A stretch of DNA of 64,000 nt, from assembly GCA_963823335.1 (NCBI GenBank), contig CAWGLD010000001.1, forward strand, positions 1,824,001-1,888,000, given 5' to 3'. The stretch comes from an uncultured delta proteobacterium (GTDB lineage Bacteria; Desulfobacterota; Desulfobacteria; Desulfobacterales; B30-G6). The position numbers and the translations under genes are program-made. The notes beneath the pieces are model-generated. The model was not told the origin of the DNA and did no database searches. It saw only the letters and a list, made by a program, of their open reading frames with translations. The first letter of the stretch is position 1. The number at the start of each line of letters is the position of its first letter. Positions 8,758-18,098 of the stretch are shown in pieces.

Positions 8758-9309
8758 ATGCAGGAAATACGATTTCACGGGCGTGGGGGACAGGGGACAG
8801 TGGTGGCGGCGATTCTGCTGGCAAAGGCTTTTTTTCAAGCCGGGTTTCATGTCCAGTCTTTCCCTTCGTTTGGTGTGGAGCGGCGCGGTGCCCCGGTGGA
8901 AGCATACCTTAGAATCGGCTCAGAAAAAATTCTGGCGCGAACCACCATCACAACACCCCATCATATCCTGGTTCAGGATAGTCGTCTGATGAAAAGTGTA
9001 GCAGTCACCCAAGGCATGCAGCCGGGTGGCTGGGTGCTGCTGAATACACCGGCAGGCGCTGATTTCAGCCACCTGTTTTCAGACTTTCGCCTGGCATCCA
9101 TCGATGCAACCCGGATTGCCATGGAAAACGATCTGGGTACGCGGACCCATCCCATGGTCAACACGGCCATGATCGGTGCTTTTGCACGGATTCTGGAAGT
9201 GCCGCCCATCGATAGTGTCATGGATGTTATAAAGGCGGATATTTCCGTAGAGCCGGAAAAGAATGCCCAGGCCGCCTTAAAGGCCTTCGATACCGTAATT
9301 TTTTTTTAA
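8758..9309 (+). CDS. 2-oxoacid:acceptor oxidoreductase gamma subunit (PorC/G-like)
   Basis: EIRFHGRGGQGTV and FGVERRGAPV motifs. Confidence 0.93.
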   Translation: MQEIRFHGRGGQGTVVAAILLAKAFFQAGFHVQSFPSFGVERRGAPVEAYLRIGSEKILARTTITTPHHILVQDSRLMKSVAVTQGMQPGGWVLLNTPAGADFSHLFSDFRLASIDATRIAMENDLGTRTHPMVNTAMIGAFARILEVPPIDSVMDVIKADISVEPEKNAQAALKAFDTVIFF

Positions 9310-9390
9310 ATCCCATATTCTTAAAATTTGAAACGCTCATCTTAGGTTCAGGATACACTAGGAGCCGGCAGACAGAAAAGGGGCTGATCA

Positions 9391-11139
9391 TTGGCGGGGA
9401 AGACAGAGAAGGAGCGCAATAGTCGACTGCATATTTCCCGGTCGAGAATATCATCGCGGATCAACAAAACAGGCTCGTGGCGATATATGAAACCGGTTTA
9501 TACCGGCAGGACCGCCCCCTGCAGTGCTGCATGCCCGGCTGGAGAAGATATTCCCCACTTGGAGCACCTGGCATCCCGGGGTCGATTCAGGGAGGCACTG
9601 GAAAGCATCCTGAAAGAAAATCCATTTCCCTCTGTTTGTGGCCATGTATGTTTTCACCCTTGTGAGTCAGCCTGTAACCGGTCTCATCTGGATGCAGCGT
9701 TGGCCATCCATGCGCTTGAGCGGTTTGTCGGCTGTTGGGGCACCAAGGAAAAGATACTGCCATCGATTCAAACAGCCCCAACCAATGGCAGACATGTGGC
9801 CGTGATCGGCTCCGGACCGTCCGGGCTCAGCGCGGCCTATTTTTTCCGCCGTCTGGGGTATCGCTGCGATGTTTACGAGTCTGAAAAAGAACCGGGTGGG
9901 CTGCTGCGCTGGGGGGTTCCCTCCTATCGATTACCCACCGCGATTCTAAAACACGAAATAGAACGGATTGAAAACCTGGGTGCCCGGATTTACTGCGGCC
10001 GCAAAGTTTCGGCCTCGTTTCTGCAGACAGCTGAAGAACGCTACCACGCGGTCTTTGTCGGATGCGGTCTTGCACGTCCGATCCGGATGCAAATTCAAGG
10101 TGATGCCCAGGCCCTGGACGGCCTTACATTCCTGAAGGATGTGCGCAAGGGTAGCAAGGATGTCTTCAGCGGTGTATCCGCCGTCATCGGGGGAGGCAAC
10201 ACCGCCATCGATGTTGCCCGCTCACTGGTTCGCTTGGGTTCGCACCCGATCATTTTTTACCGCAGACGAATTGAAGATATGCCGGCATTGGGAGAGGAAA
10301 TCGTTCTGGCACAGCAGGAGGGGGTGGAAATCCGGGAGCTGACCATCCCGGCCCGGATGGATAAAGACGCCCGGGGCATTACCCTGCAATTACAGAAAAT
10401 GGTGACCGATGGATTTGACCCGGGCAGCAACAGAGTGCGGGTAATCCCCATACAGGGTGGACAGGAAACCCTGCCCGTGCAGCGGGTGTTTACCGCCATC
10501 GGTGCTGAAGTGGAAAATTTGTGGCAGCAGACTGAGCACGAAAGTTGTTTACACCTGAGTCACTGCACCTTGACGAATGACGGCATTCCTGTCGCCCATG
10601 GTGGCGACCTGGTCAACCAGGTGCTGAGTGTCAGCGATGCCGTTGCATCGGGCAAACAGGCCGCCATGGCCATCGACAGCTGTTTCAAGGACGGATGGGC
10701 ATTTGTTGAAAAAAAACTGGCAGGTTGTCGGGTAGGCCAGGGTCCTGCGCTGTCCATGGAAAGCTATCTGATGAACGATGTCTTTCAGCAAAGACACCCG
10801 CAGATTGTCGGCTATCATGAGATCAATACAGCTTATTTTATCCCGGCGGACAGGACAGAGCCCATGGTCGAAGGGCCGGAAGAACGCAGGGCATCCTTTT
10901 CAGATTACCGATCTGATTTTACGACCCGGTCGGCATCCGACGAAGCCGACCGGTGCTTTAACTGCGGTATTTGCAACGATTGTGATAACTGCCGCCTGTT
11001 TTGCCCCGAAACAGCGGTTATTGTTGAAGATACCCGGAAGATCGATATGGATTACTGTAAAGGATGTGGCATCTGTGTTGTGGAATGTCCAAGAGGTGCC
11101 ATGACCCTGGAGGAAGCGGAGCATGAAACAGGTTCTTGA
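9391..11139 (+). CDS. GltD/NfnB-like FAD/NAD(P) Fe-S oxidoreductase fused to a C-terminal 2[4Fe-4S] delta-like domain
   Basis: PCSAACP and CGHVCFHPCESAC; GSGPSG and GGGNTAIDVAR; C-terminal CFNCGICNDCDNCRLFCP and CKGCGICVVECP. Confidence 0.88.
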   Translation: MAGKTEKERNSRLHISRSRISSRINKTGSWRYMKPVYTGRTAPCSAACPAGEDIPHLEHLASRGRFREALESILKENPFPSVCGHVCFHPCESACNRSHLDAALAIHALERFVGCWGTKEKILPSIQTAPTNGRHVAVIGSGPSGLSAAYFFRRLGYRCDVYESEKEPGGLLRWGVPSYRLPTAILKHEIERIENLGARIYCGRKVSASFLQTAEERYHAVFVGCGLARPIRMQIQGDAQALDGLTFLKDVRKGSKDVFSGVSAVIGGGNTAIDVARSLVRLGSHPIIFYRRRIEDMPALGEEIVLAQQEGVEIRELTIPARMDKDARGITLQLQKMVTDGFDPGSNRVRVIPIQGGQETLPVQRVFTAIGAEVENLWQQTEHESCLHLSHCTLTNDGIPVAHGGDLVNQVLSVSDAVASGKQAAMAIDSCFKDGWAFVEKKLAGCRVGQGPALSMESYLMNDVFQQRHPQIVGYHEINTAYFIPADRTEPMVEGPEERRASFSDYRSDFTTRSASDEADRCFNCGICNDCDNCRLFCPETAVIVEDTRKIDMDYCKGCGICVVECPRGAMTLEEAEHETGS

Positions 11140-12283
11140 GGGGAGCCAGGCTGTTTCCGAAGCTGTTCGCCTGGCAAGGGTCCAGTTTGTTTCGGCCTAT
11201 CCGATTACGCCCCAGACACACATTGTGGAGGCCATTTCAGAGCACTGCGCCAGCGGGAGGCTGGCGGCACGGTTTATGTGTGTCGAGAGTGAGCACTCGG
11301 CCATGGCATCTGTTATCGGAGCCGCCAGCGGGGGTGTGCGGACCTTCACGGCCACGTCCGGCCAGGGGCTTGCCTACATGCATGAGCTGCTGCACTGGGC
11401 TTCGGGGGCACGGTTGCCCATCGTGATGGCCGAGGTCAATCGCGCGCTGGCACCCGGGTGGAACATCTGGGTGGATCAGACAGACAGTCTGTCCCAGCGG
11501 GATACGGGCTGGATTCAGTTCTATTGTGAGGATGGACAGGAGGTTCTGGACACGACCCTGTTGGCATACCGGCTTGCCGAGGAGATCAACCTGCCGGTCA
11601 TGGTCATATTGGACGCTTTTTTTCTTTCTCATACATATGAACCCGTGGATATTCCCGATCAGGAACTCGTGGATCGGTTTGTGCCTGCCATGGAGCCGAA
11701 AATCAGACTCGATACGGCTGATCCCCATGCCCTGGGACAGATGGTACCGCCTGGTGCCTACATGGAGATGCGTCATGATATTCAGCAGGCCATGCAGAGG
11801 GTCCCATTTCTGTATGAGCAAATGGAAAAGTTCTTTGAAGAATTGTTCGGCCGAACCTATGGTGATGTGGAAGCGGTTCAGTGTGACGATGCCGATATCG
11901 TTCTCGTCGTGAGTGGCACGGCAACGGGCACTTGTAGACAGGCCCTGTCTGATTTGCGTTCCCAAGGGGAAAAAGCCGGTATGCTGAAAATAAAAATGTT
12001 TCGCCCCTTTCCGGACGAATCCATATGCCGGGCACTGAAGAGTGCTTCCAAAATAGCGGTGGTGGATCGAAACTGCTCCTTTGGCGCCGGCGGAATTTTT
12101 GCACAGGAGATCCGATCAGCGCTTTGTAATCTTAAAAATGGACCGCCTGTCTTCAGCTATATTGCCGGTCTGGGTGGGCGTGATATCACCGGTGATACCC
12201 TGGAAGAGATCTATTTCCGGACGAAATCATCAGAGGTGCCTGAGATGCAGAGTGTGTGGATTGGACTCAGGCCGGAGACATAG
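11123..12283 (+). CDS. 2-oxoacid:acceptor oxidoreductase alpha subunit (PorA-like)
   Basis: AYPITPQT, ESEHSA, TATSGQGL and GLGGRD motifs. Confidence 0.95.
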   Translation: MKQVLEGSQAVSEAVRLARVQFVSAYPITPQTHIVEAISEHCASGRLAARFMCVESEHSAMASVIGAASGGVRTFTATSGQGLAYMHELLHWASGARLPIVMAEVNRALAPGWNIWVDQTDSLSQRDTGWIQFYCEDGQEVLDTTLLAYRLAEEINLPVMVILDAFFLSHTYEPVDIPDQELVDRFVPAMEPKIRLDTADPHALGQMVPPGAYMEMRHDIQQAMQRVPFLYEQMEKFFEELFGRTYGDVEAVQCDDADIVLVVSGTATGTCRQALSDLRSQGEKAGMLKIKMFRPFPDESICRALKSASKIAVVDRNCSFGAGGIFAQEIRSALCNLKNGPPVFSYIAGLGGRDITGDTLEEIYFRTKSSEVPEMQSVWIGLRPET

Positions 12284-12320
12284 GCGAGATATTAACCCGG
12301 CTACTAAATAGCCAAACTCC

Positions 12321-12428
12321 GTCATGCCGGACCCCCAATCGAGTTGAGGGCAGGCTTGATCCGGCATCCAGTGTTTTTCTGGATAGCGCTAAAGCTTCAC
12401 TTTGTGCCCCGCTTTCGCGGGAATGACA
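12321..12428. repeat. REP-like palindrome GTCATGCCGGAC...CGCGGGAATGAC with nested small inserts
   Basis: Terminal GTCAT/ATGAC with internal palindromes; lies in the gap between the alpha and beta subunit genes. Confidence 0.6.
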
Positions 12429-12702
12429 ACCGTAGGGTATTTATACCGCTTGTCATAATAATGTTCCGAAAATAGGATGACGGCATAAGGGGTTGTAGCA
12501 GAAAAAAGGTCCTCAATCGGAACGTTTTTCTGACAACCCCTATAACCGCCAGCGTAATAAAGAAGCTATACGTTTTTTTTCAAAACGAACCGCAGAATAT
12601 CGAACAAAAAAAATCGAATTTCGAAGTGTTTGTTTTACTTCAGCGGTTCGAAATTTCTTGTTCAATATTCGATATTTTCTTTTAAATTGGTGCAGCGACG
12701 TG

Positions 12703-13575
12703 ATGAATACTCAGAACCATCCCGACCTCATCCACCCCGGCCATGTGGCCTGCCCCGGCTGTGGTGCGGCCATCGCCATGAAATTTGCTCTCAGGGCCAT
12801 GGGACCCAAAACCATGCTTGTCATTCCTGCCTGCTGCTGGGGCGTCATTGCAGGTCCCTATCCCCAGTCGTCCCTGAAGGTCCCCGTGCTCCAGACCGCT
12901 TTTGCCACCGCGGGTGCCGCTGCCAGCGGTTTACGGGCGGCACTCGACATGAGGGGTGATTCAGAAACGGTTGTCATGGCCTGGGCTGGTGACGGCGGCA
13001 CTTTCGATATCGGACTGCAATCTCTGAGTGGTGCGGTAGAACGAAACGAAGATATCCTGTATGTCTGCTATGACAACGAAGCCTACATGAACACGGGTGT
13101 GCAGAGAAGTTCTTCAACCCCCTATGGGACGCGTACGACCACGACGCCCGGGCCGGGTTGGAAACGCTCGCGGAAAAAGAATATCGTCGAAATTCTGGCG
13201 GCTCACCGGATACCGTATGCGGCAACGGCCAGTATCGCTTTCCCGGAAGACATGATGCGCAAGTTCGAAAAAGCCCGGCAAATAAAATATGGCTCCCGAT
13301 TTCTGCACGTGTATGCGACCTGTCCCACCGGCTGGGGCATACCTTCCGAGAAATCCATCCATATTGCCCGACTTGCGGTTCAATGCAATATGTTTCCTCT
13401 CTATGAGGTAGAAAATGGCCTTGATTATGCGCTCAATTACCAGGGGAATGAACCCGTGGACGCGTACCTGGATGCCCAGAGACGGTTTCGGCATTTGAAC
13501 GAAGACGAGATTCAGTATATCCAGACAATGGTGGATGAGGACTGGGATCTCCTGATGCAAAAGGTTTCTCGATGA
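12703..13575 (+). CDS. 2-oxoacid:acceptor oxidoreductase beta subunit (TPP-binding, PorB-like)
   Basis: ACPGCG and the TPP motif GDGGTFDIG...YDNEAYMNTG. Confidence 0.95.
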   Translation: MNTQNHPDLIHPGHVACPGCGAAIAMKFALRAMGPKTMLVIPACCWGVIAGPYPQSSLKVPVLQTAFATAGAAASGLRAALDMRGDSETVVMAWAGDGGTFDIGLQSLSGAVERNEDILYVCYDNEAYMNTGVQRSSSTPYGTRTTTTPGPGWKRSRKKNIVEILAAHRIPYAATASIAFPEDMMRKFEKARQIKYGSRFLHVYATCPTGWGIPSEKSIHIARLAVQCNMFPLYEVENGLDYALNYQGNEPVDAYLDAQRRFRHLNEDEIQYIQTMVDEDWDLLMQKVSR

Positions 13576-14153
13576 ACGTGTGGCCCATTACTCGTGCGAC
13601 AACGATCTGTGCCAGATGTTTCCTGGTATTTGTATGGAGTGTAACCCTGCAGCCGGCGGCGGCGGAACCCACGCCGTCGATTCAATTTCTTATGAGAGAA
13701 CCCGTGACCATGATGGACTGGGGCTTAAAAAACATCGAGGACCATCTCTACCGGCATCGACCCCTGTTTGTCCAGAGCGAAAAACCCCTGTTCGAACCGG
13801 AACCTAGCATCGCGGTTGTCTATAACTGGGAGCAAAACCAGATCCGGATATCCATAAGTCTTCGAACGTGCAAGCAGGTTCAAAAAACGTCACAGGGGCT
13901 TTCCGATATTCGTTCACATGTGGAATGGGTCATCAAATACCTGCGCGGATCTCTGACCATGAAACCCTACGATGCCTTTTTCAGACACAGGGGATTTCGA
14001 AGCAAGGAGAGTCCCCGGAGTCTTGAATCCGAACTGGCGGGTATGACGGAGCTGATCGTGAGTGTCCGGGACAGAGACGCCAATATTCTGAGTCGCTGTG
14101 AAGCATGGTTGACCGGAAGTGATATCGTGTGGTTAACTATAGGGGAACCTTGA
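13572..14153 (+). CDS. Hypothetical exported protein
   Basis: ATGA overlap with the beta subunit; signal-peptide-like N-terminus ending AAAE. Confidence 0.7.
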   Translation: MNVWPITRATTICARCFLVFVWSVTLQPAAAEPTPSIQFLMREPVTMMDWGLKNIEDHLYRHRPLFVQSEKPLFEPEPSIAVVYNWEQNQIRISISLRTCKQVQKTSQGLSDIRSHVEWVIKYLRGSLTMKPYDAFFRHRGFRSKESPRSLESELAGMTELIVSVRDRDANILSRCEAWLTGSDIVWLTIGEP

Positions 14154-14242
14154 TACCACTAATCGAACAGTGTGGTTTTTCGATTTCGTATTTTCGTGTT
14201 AAATTAATACGGAACTATAAAGAAAAGTAAGGGGAATACCGC

Positions 14243-14440
14243 GACCGCTGGATAATCCCTGCTCGACTGTGAAAAACTCGTTCTAAAGTGACTGTAATAC
14301 CGAACAGCGCCAAAATATAAAGAAGCGTTTGTGCTAAACAGCCGTATTTGACTTCATATGATAAGCATCATACTGTCCGGCATAACAGTCATTAAAGAAC
14401 TCAGACAGTTTCACAGTCGCTCAGGGATCACCCATCGGTC
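14243..14440 (-). ncRNA. Putative ~200-nt rod-like structured RNA (or decayed inverted repeat)
   Basis: Arms 14243-14307 and 14373-14440 are imperfectly complementary. Four mismatches become G-U on the minus strand versus one on the plus strand. Confidence 0.45.
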
Positions 14441-14477
14441 CAAAACCTAAAACCTAAAACTTAACACCTTTATTATT

Positions 14478-15170
14478 ATGTTTTTAGAATGCAGCGATCT
14501 AACTTTTCGCTATCCCAACGGTTCCATGGACGTGTTCCATGGTCTGTCCTTCCAGATAAAGACTCCCGGATTCCATGCCCTGTTCGGTCCTTCCGGTGTC
14601 GGGAAAACCTCCCTGGCGCGAATCATTGTCGGCGACATCGCAGATTATTCGGGTGTTGTCAGGTCGGAAGGCATGCAGAATCTTCTCTATTCCTATAATC
14701 TGGAGAGGCTTCCTGACTGGTCGAGTGTCGGGAAACACCTCGAAAAGATAACGCCACCGTCCCTCAGGGACCGGAAAGATGAACTGATCGCTTCTTTTGA
14801 TATGACCCGAACCATGAGACTCAGATTTTCTCAACTTTCCCTTGGGCAGCAAAACCGGGTGAATCTGATACGCTATCTGCTGCAGGATTTTCACCTGCTC
14901 ATCATGGATGAAAGCCTGGCCAATGTGGACGAGCGAACACGGGAGAAGATCATATTGAGGATCAAGGACATGTTTCCGGACACCTACTTTTTGTACATCT
15001 CTCACAATGTGATCGAGGTTTCCAAATTCTGCCGGGAGATCCTGGTTTTTCGAAATCCCCAGAAATTGCCCCAGGTCATAACGGTTAACGGCCAGGATCA
15101 TAAACTGGGCCAGACCCTGGCCAAAGATCAACTGGAACAGACCATGCTGGAGATCATGCATGCTTCATAG
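14478..15170 (+). CDS. ABC transporter ATP-binding protein
   Basis: GPSGVGKT, LSLGQ, IMDE and the H-loop SHN. Confidence 0.9.
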   Translation: MFLECSDLTFRYPNGSMDVFHGLSFQIKTPGFHALFGPSGVGKTSLARIIVGDIADYSGVVRSEGMQNLLYSYNLERLPDWSSVGKHLEKITPPSLRDRKDELIASFDMTRTMRLRFSQLSLGQQNRVNLIRYLLQDFHLLIMDESLANVDERTREKIILRIKDMFPDTYFLYISHNVIEVSKFCREILVFRNPQKLPQVITVNGQDHKLGQTLAKDQLEQTMLEIMHAS

Positions 15171-15909
15171 ACGCATCTATCAGTTTTTTATCATCTACCT
15201 GCTCGGACTGCTAATCCTGTTCAGCGTGAAATACCTCCTGGATCTTTCCGATTATGTCATTCCGGGAATCGAAGATCTGGTCCAGACGTTTCGAACCGTT
15301 TTTTTAAGGTACTTGTCGGACGTGGTGGATACTATATCCGTCGCTGTCATCGGGCAGGTCTTTTCCATTCTCATGGCTATCATCGTGGGTGTTCTGGGCC
15401 GGCAGACAACCTGGTTCGGATCTTTTATCAAGGTGGCGGCCTACAATGTCCAGGCCTATCCCATCGTGGCAATTGCACCGATTATTTTTATTCTGTTCGG
15501 TGACGGGTTTTTATCCAGGCTGCTGATTGCGGCCATGATCTGCTATTTCCCCATTCTGCTGTCCGTGCTCGGCATCATGTCGGAACCGGTCCATGATATC
15601 GAGCATTTTTACCGTGTTACCGGGAGAATGCGCTGGCAACTGGAGGTCAAGATACGGGCCTTTGAAAATCTGAATAAATTGACGACCGTCATATCCGGGA
15701 GTGCGACCCTTGCCATGGCAGGCACAATTGTTGCTGAATTTATTGCGGCAAATGCCGGAATAGGATATAGTATCCGTATTGCACTCTACCAAAGCGATCT
15801 GGCAAAAATTCTCACCGCTCTATTTTTGATCGGCATTACCCTGTCCGTATACCAGGGATTACTGGAGATTGTCGGGTATCTCGTAAAAAAAGGGTGGGCA
15901 AGTCACTGA
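15160..15909 (+). CDS. ABC transporter permease (SsuC/ThiX-like)
   Basis: Multiple TM helices; PIVAIAP and IVAEFIAANAGIG motifs. Confidence 0.88.
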   Translation: MLHRRIYQFFIIYLLGLLILFSVKYLLDLSDYVIPGIEDLVQTFRTVFLRYLSDVVDTISVAVIGQVFSILMAIIVGVLGRQTTWFGSFIKVAAYNVQAYPIVAIAPIIFILFGDGFLSRLLIAAMICYFPILLSVLGIMSEPVHDIEHFYRVTGRMRWQLEVKIRAFENLNKLTTVISGSATLAMAGTIVAEFIAANAGIGYSIRIALYQSDLAKILTALFLIGITLSVYQGLLEIVGYLVKKGWASH

Positions 15910-15934
15910 AGTTTATTCTATTTTTAATAGGAGA

Positions 15935-16939
15935 ATGGAAATGAACAGACATATCAAAACGTTAGCGGTATCTCTCTTCCTGTTTTCCATCTGTTTTTCA
16001 CTGCTGTTGTTGCCGCCTGCTGTAAATGCCGCCGAGGCAGTTACCTACCGCTTGAAATGGCTTTTCAACGCCAGTGTGATTGGTGACATCTATGCCGATG
16101 TTCAGGGGCATTTTAAAGCCCAGGGCCTGGATGTGACCGTCAAGGAGGGTGGTCCGGAAAGAGATGCCATCCGGGAACTGGAACTGGGGTATGCGTCATT
16201 TGGTGTGGCATCCGCCGACCAGGTAATTCGGGCCCTGGCCAAGGGCTCTCCCGTGGTCGTCATCGCTCAGCTGTTTCAGGTCAACCCGCTGCAATGGATA
16301 TACCGGACGGAGAATCTCGATATCACAGGTGCCCAAGACCTGAAGGGCAAGGTTGTCGGCATTACCTTTGGTGGTAACGATGAGACCATTATGCGTACAC
16401 TCATGGCAAAATCCGGGATTACAGAAAAAGATGTCAGTATCTTCAGTGTCAGGTATGATTATACGCCTTTTTATCAAAAGAGGGTGGATGTATGGCCAGT
16501 GTATCGAAATTCACAGGCACCGATTCTGGAGAAAAAACTTGGCGATCTCGGTGAGTCGGTGGGTTATTTCAACCCGGCCGCTCACGGCGTCAAGTTTGTT
16601 GCCAATTCTGTCGTGACCTCGAACCGGATGGTGGAAGCACATCCGGATGTCGTCGAGAAATTTACCCGGGCCCTGCTTCAGGGATGGGAGGAGGCCCTGG
16701 AACCGGACAATGAAGAACAGGTCCTGGAAACATTGAGACAATTCGACAAAGACACAGAATCCGATATCATGCGCCAGCAACTGGTGATTACCCGAAGCCT
16801 TATTAAACCTTTCAAGGAGACCCGCATAGGAACGATCGATCTGGAAGCCTGGCAGCAGACAGAGAAAATCATGCTGGAACAGAAGCAGATTCCGGGTCCG
16901 GTTGCGGTGGAAAAGGTTCTCAGAAAACCCTTTCCTTGA
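15935..16939 (+). CDS. ABC substrate-binding protein, NMT1/THI5-like
   Basis: Signal peptide; LKWLFN, GHFKAQGLDV and DLKGKVVG. Confidence 0.85.
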   Translation: MEMNRHIKTLAVSLFLFSICFSLLLLPPAVNAAEAVTYRLKWLFNASVIGDIYADVQGHFKAQGLDVTVKEGGPERDAIRELELGYASFGVASADQVIRALAKGSPVVVIAQLFQVNPLQWIYRTENLDITGAQDLKGKVVGITFGGNDETIMRTLMAKSGITEKDVSIFSVRYDYTPFYQKRVDVWPVYRNSQAPILEKKLGDLGESVGYFNPAAHGVKFVANSVVTSNRMVEAHPDVVEKFTRALLQGWEEALEPDNEEQVLETLRQFDKDTESDIMRQQLVITRSLIKPFKETRIGTIDLEAWQQTEKIMLEQKQIPGPVAVEKVLRKPFP

Positions 16940-16945
16940 TGGTGT

Positions 16946-17383
16946 ATGCCACATAATCAGCCCCCCTTCTGGAAGACAAAAACCCTGTCGGAATTGACCC
17001 GTCAAGAGTGGGAAGCCCTGTGTGATGGTTGCGGTCTCTGCTGCCTCCAGAAATTGGAAGACCGGAAAACCGGCCGGATCGATTACACGAACGTCTCCTG
17101 TTACCTGCTGGACACCATGCGTTGCCGCTGCCGCTCCTATGAGAACCGGATGCTTCTTGTCAGGGACTGCCTGGAACTGACGCCGGCCAAAGTGGCGAAG
17201 TTTCGCTGGCTTCCCAAAACCTGTGCCTACCGGCTGCTGGCAGCCGGCGAAGAGCTTTACTGGTGGCATCCCCTGGTTTCCGGGGATGTGGAAACCGTGC
17301 ATCAGGCAGGCATTTCCGCCAGGGACCGGGTTATTTCGGAGGAATATGTTCACCCGGATGATATCGCGGATTATATTATCTAA
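16946..17383 (+). CDS. YcgN-family cysteine cluster protein
   Basis: FWKTKTL, WEALCDGCGLCC, WLPKTCAYR and WHPLVSG. Confidence 0.92.
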   Translation: MPHNQPPFWKTKTLSELTRQEWEALCDGCGLCCLQKLEDRKTGRIDYTNVSCYLLDTMRCRCRSYENRMLLVRDCLELTPAKVAKFRWLPKTCAYRLLAAGEELYWWHPLVSGDVETVHQAGISARDRVISEEYVHPDDIADYII

Positions 17384-17654
17384 CAACGAATCCTATAAAC
17401 TCAAAGAAGCCAACGAGCTCAATGAACTCAATGAGCACAGCAACTTTTGAAAAAGGGACATTTCAGGCCGGACGCGTTTTTGTACTGTCGGCGTGTCATT
17501 TTAATCACGATGCCTACTCAAGTTTTCTGGCACCCCTGCCGGGATTCCTTTTATTCTGATGCTGCCCAAATTAAATCGACCAGCGATTTAATTTTATTGA
17601 TCAGAAAGACCCGGCTTTGATATGCTGCCGCCAAAACGTGAAGGGAGGTTCGGC

Positions 17655-18077
17655 ATGGATGATTGTATTTTTTGCAAAATCGTTAAAGGCGATATTCCGA
17701 GTATCAAAATATATGAAGACGATCACGTAGTTGCATTCATGGACATCAATCCGGTTTCAGAAGGGCATGCCCTGGTAATTCCCAAAATGCATGCAGGGAA
17801 TTTATGGGAGATACCCGAGACAGCACTGACCGCAGTGCACAGGGTTTCAAAAAAGATTGTACGCGCCATGACAAAGGCAATGGGACCGGTATCGGTGGCG
17901 GTTATCCAGTTGAATGGCAGGGCGGTTAACCAGGTTGTCATGCATTACCATCTGCACCTGATTCCACGTGCCAGTGATGGTGAGGCACTCAAGTTGACCG
18001 CCTGGGAAATGATTCCCGGGGACATGGATGCCATCAGTCGAACCGGAGCGGCCATTGCCGCAGCAATTGAAAAATGA
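17655..18077 (+). CDS. HIT family hydrolase
   Basis: DCIFCKI start and HYHLHLIPR histidine triad; GGAGG RBS upstream. Confidence 0.95.
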   Translation: MDDCIFCKIVKGDIPSIKIYEDDHVVAFMDINPVSEGHALVIPKMHAGNLWEIPETALTAVHRVSKKIVRAMTKAMGPVSVAVIQLNGRAVNQVVMHYHLHLIPRASDGEALKLTAWEMIPGDMDAISRTGAAIAAAIEK

Positions 18078-18098
18078 CAAAGATCAAAAGGAGAACAA

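Noticed and set aside
14230-14300. TPP riboswitch upstream of the NMT1/THI5-type ABC transporter
   Set aside because: Only CTGGATAAT resembles it. The CTGAGA and ACCTGAT core elements are missing, and the segment is one arm of a long hairpin.
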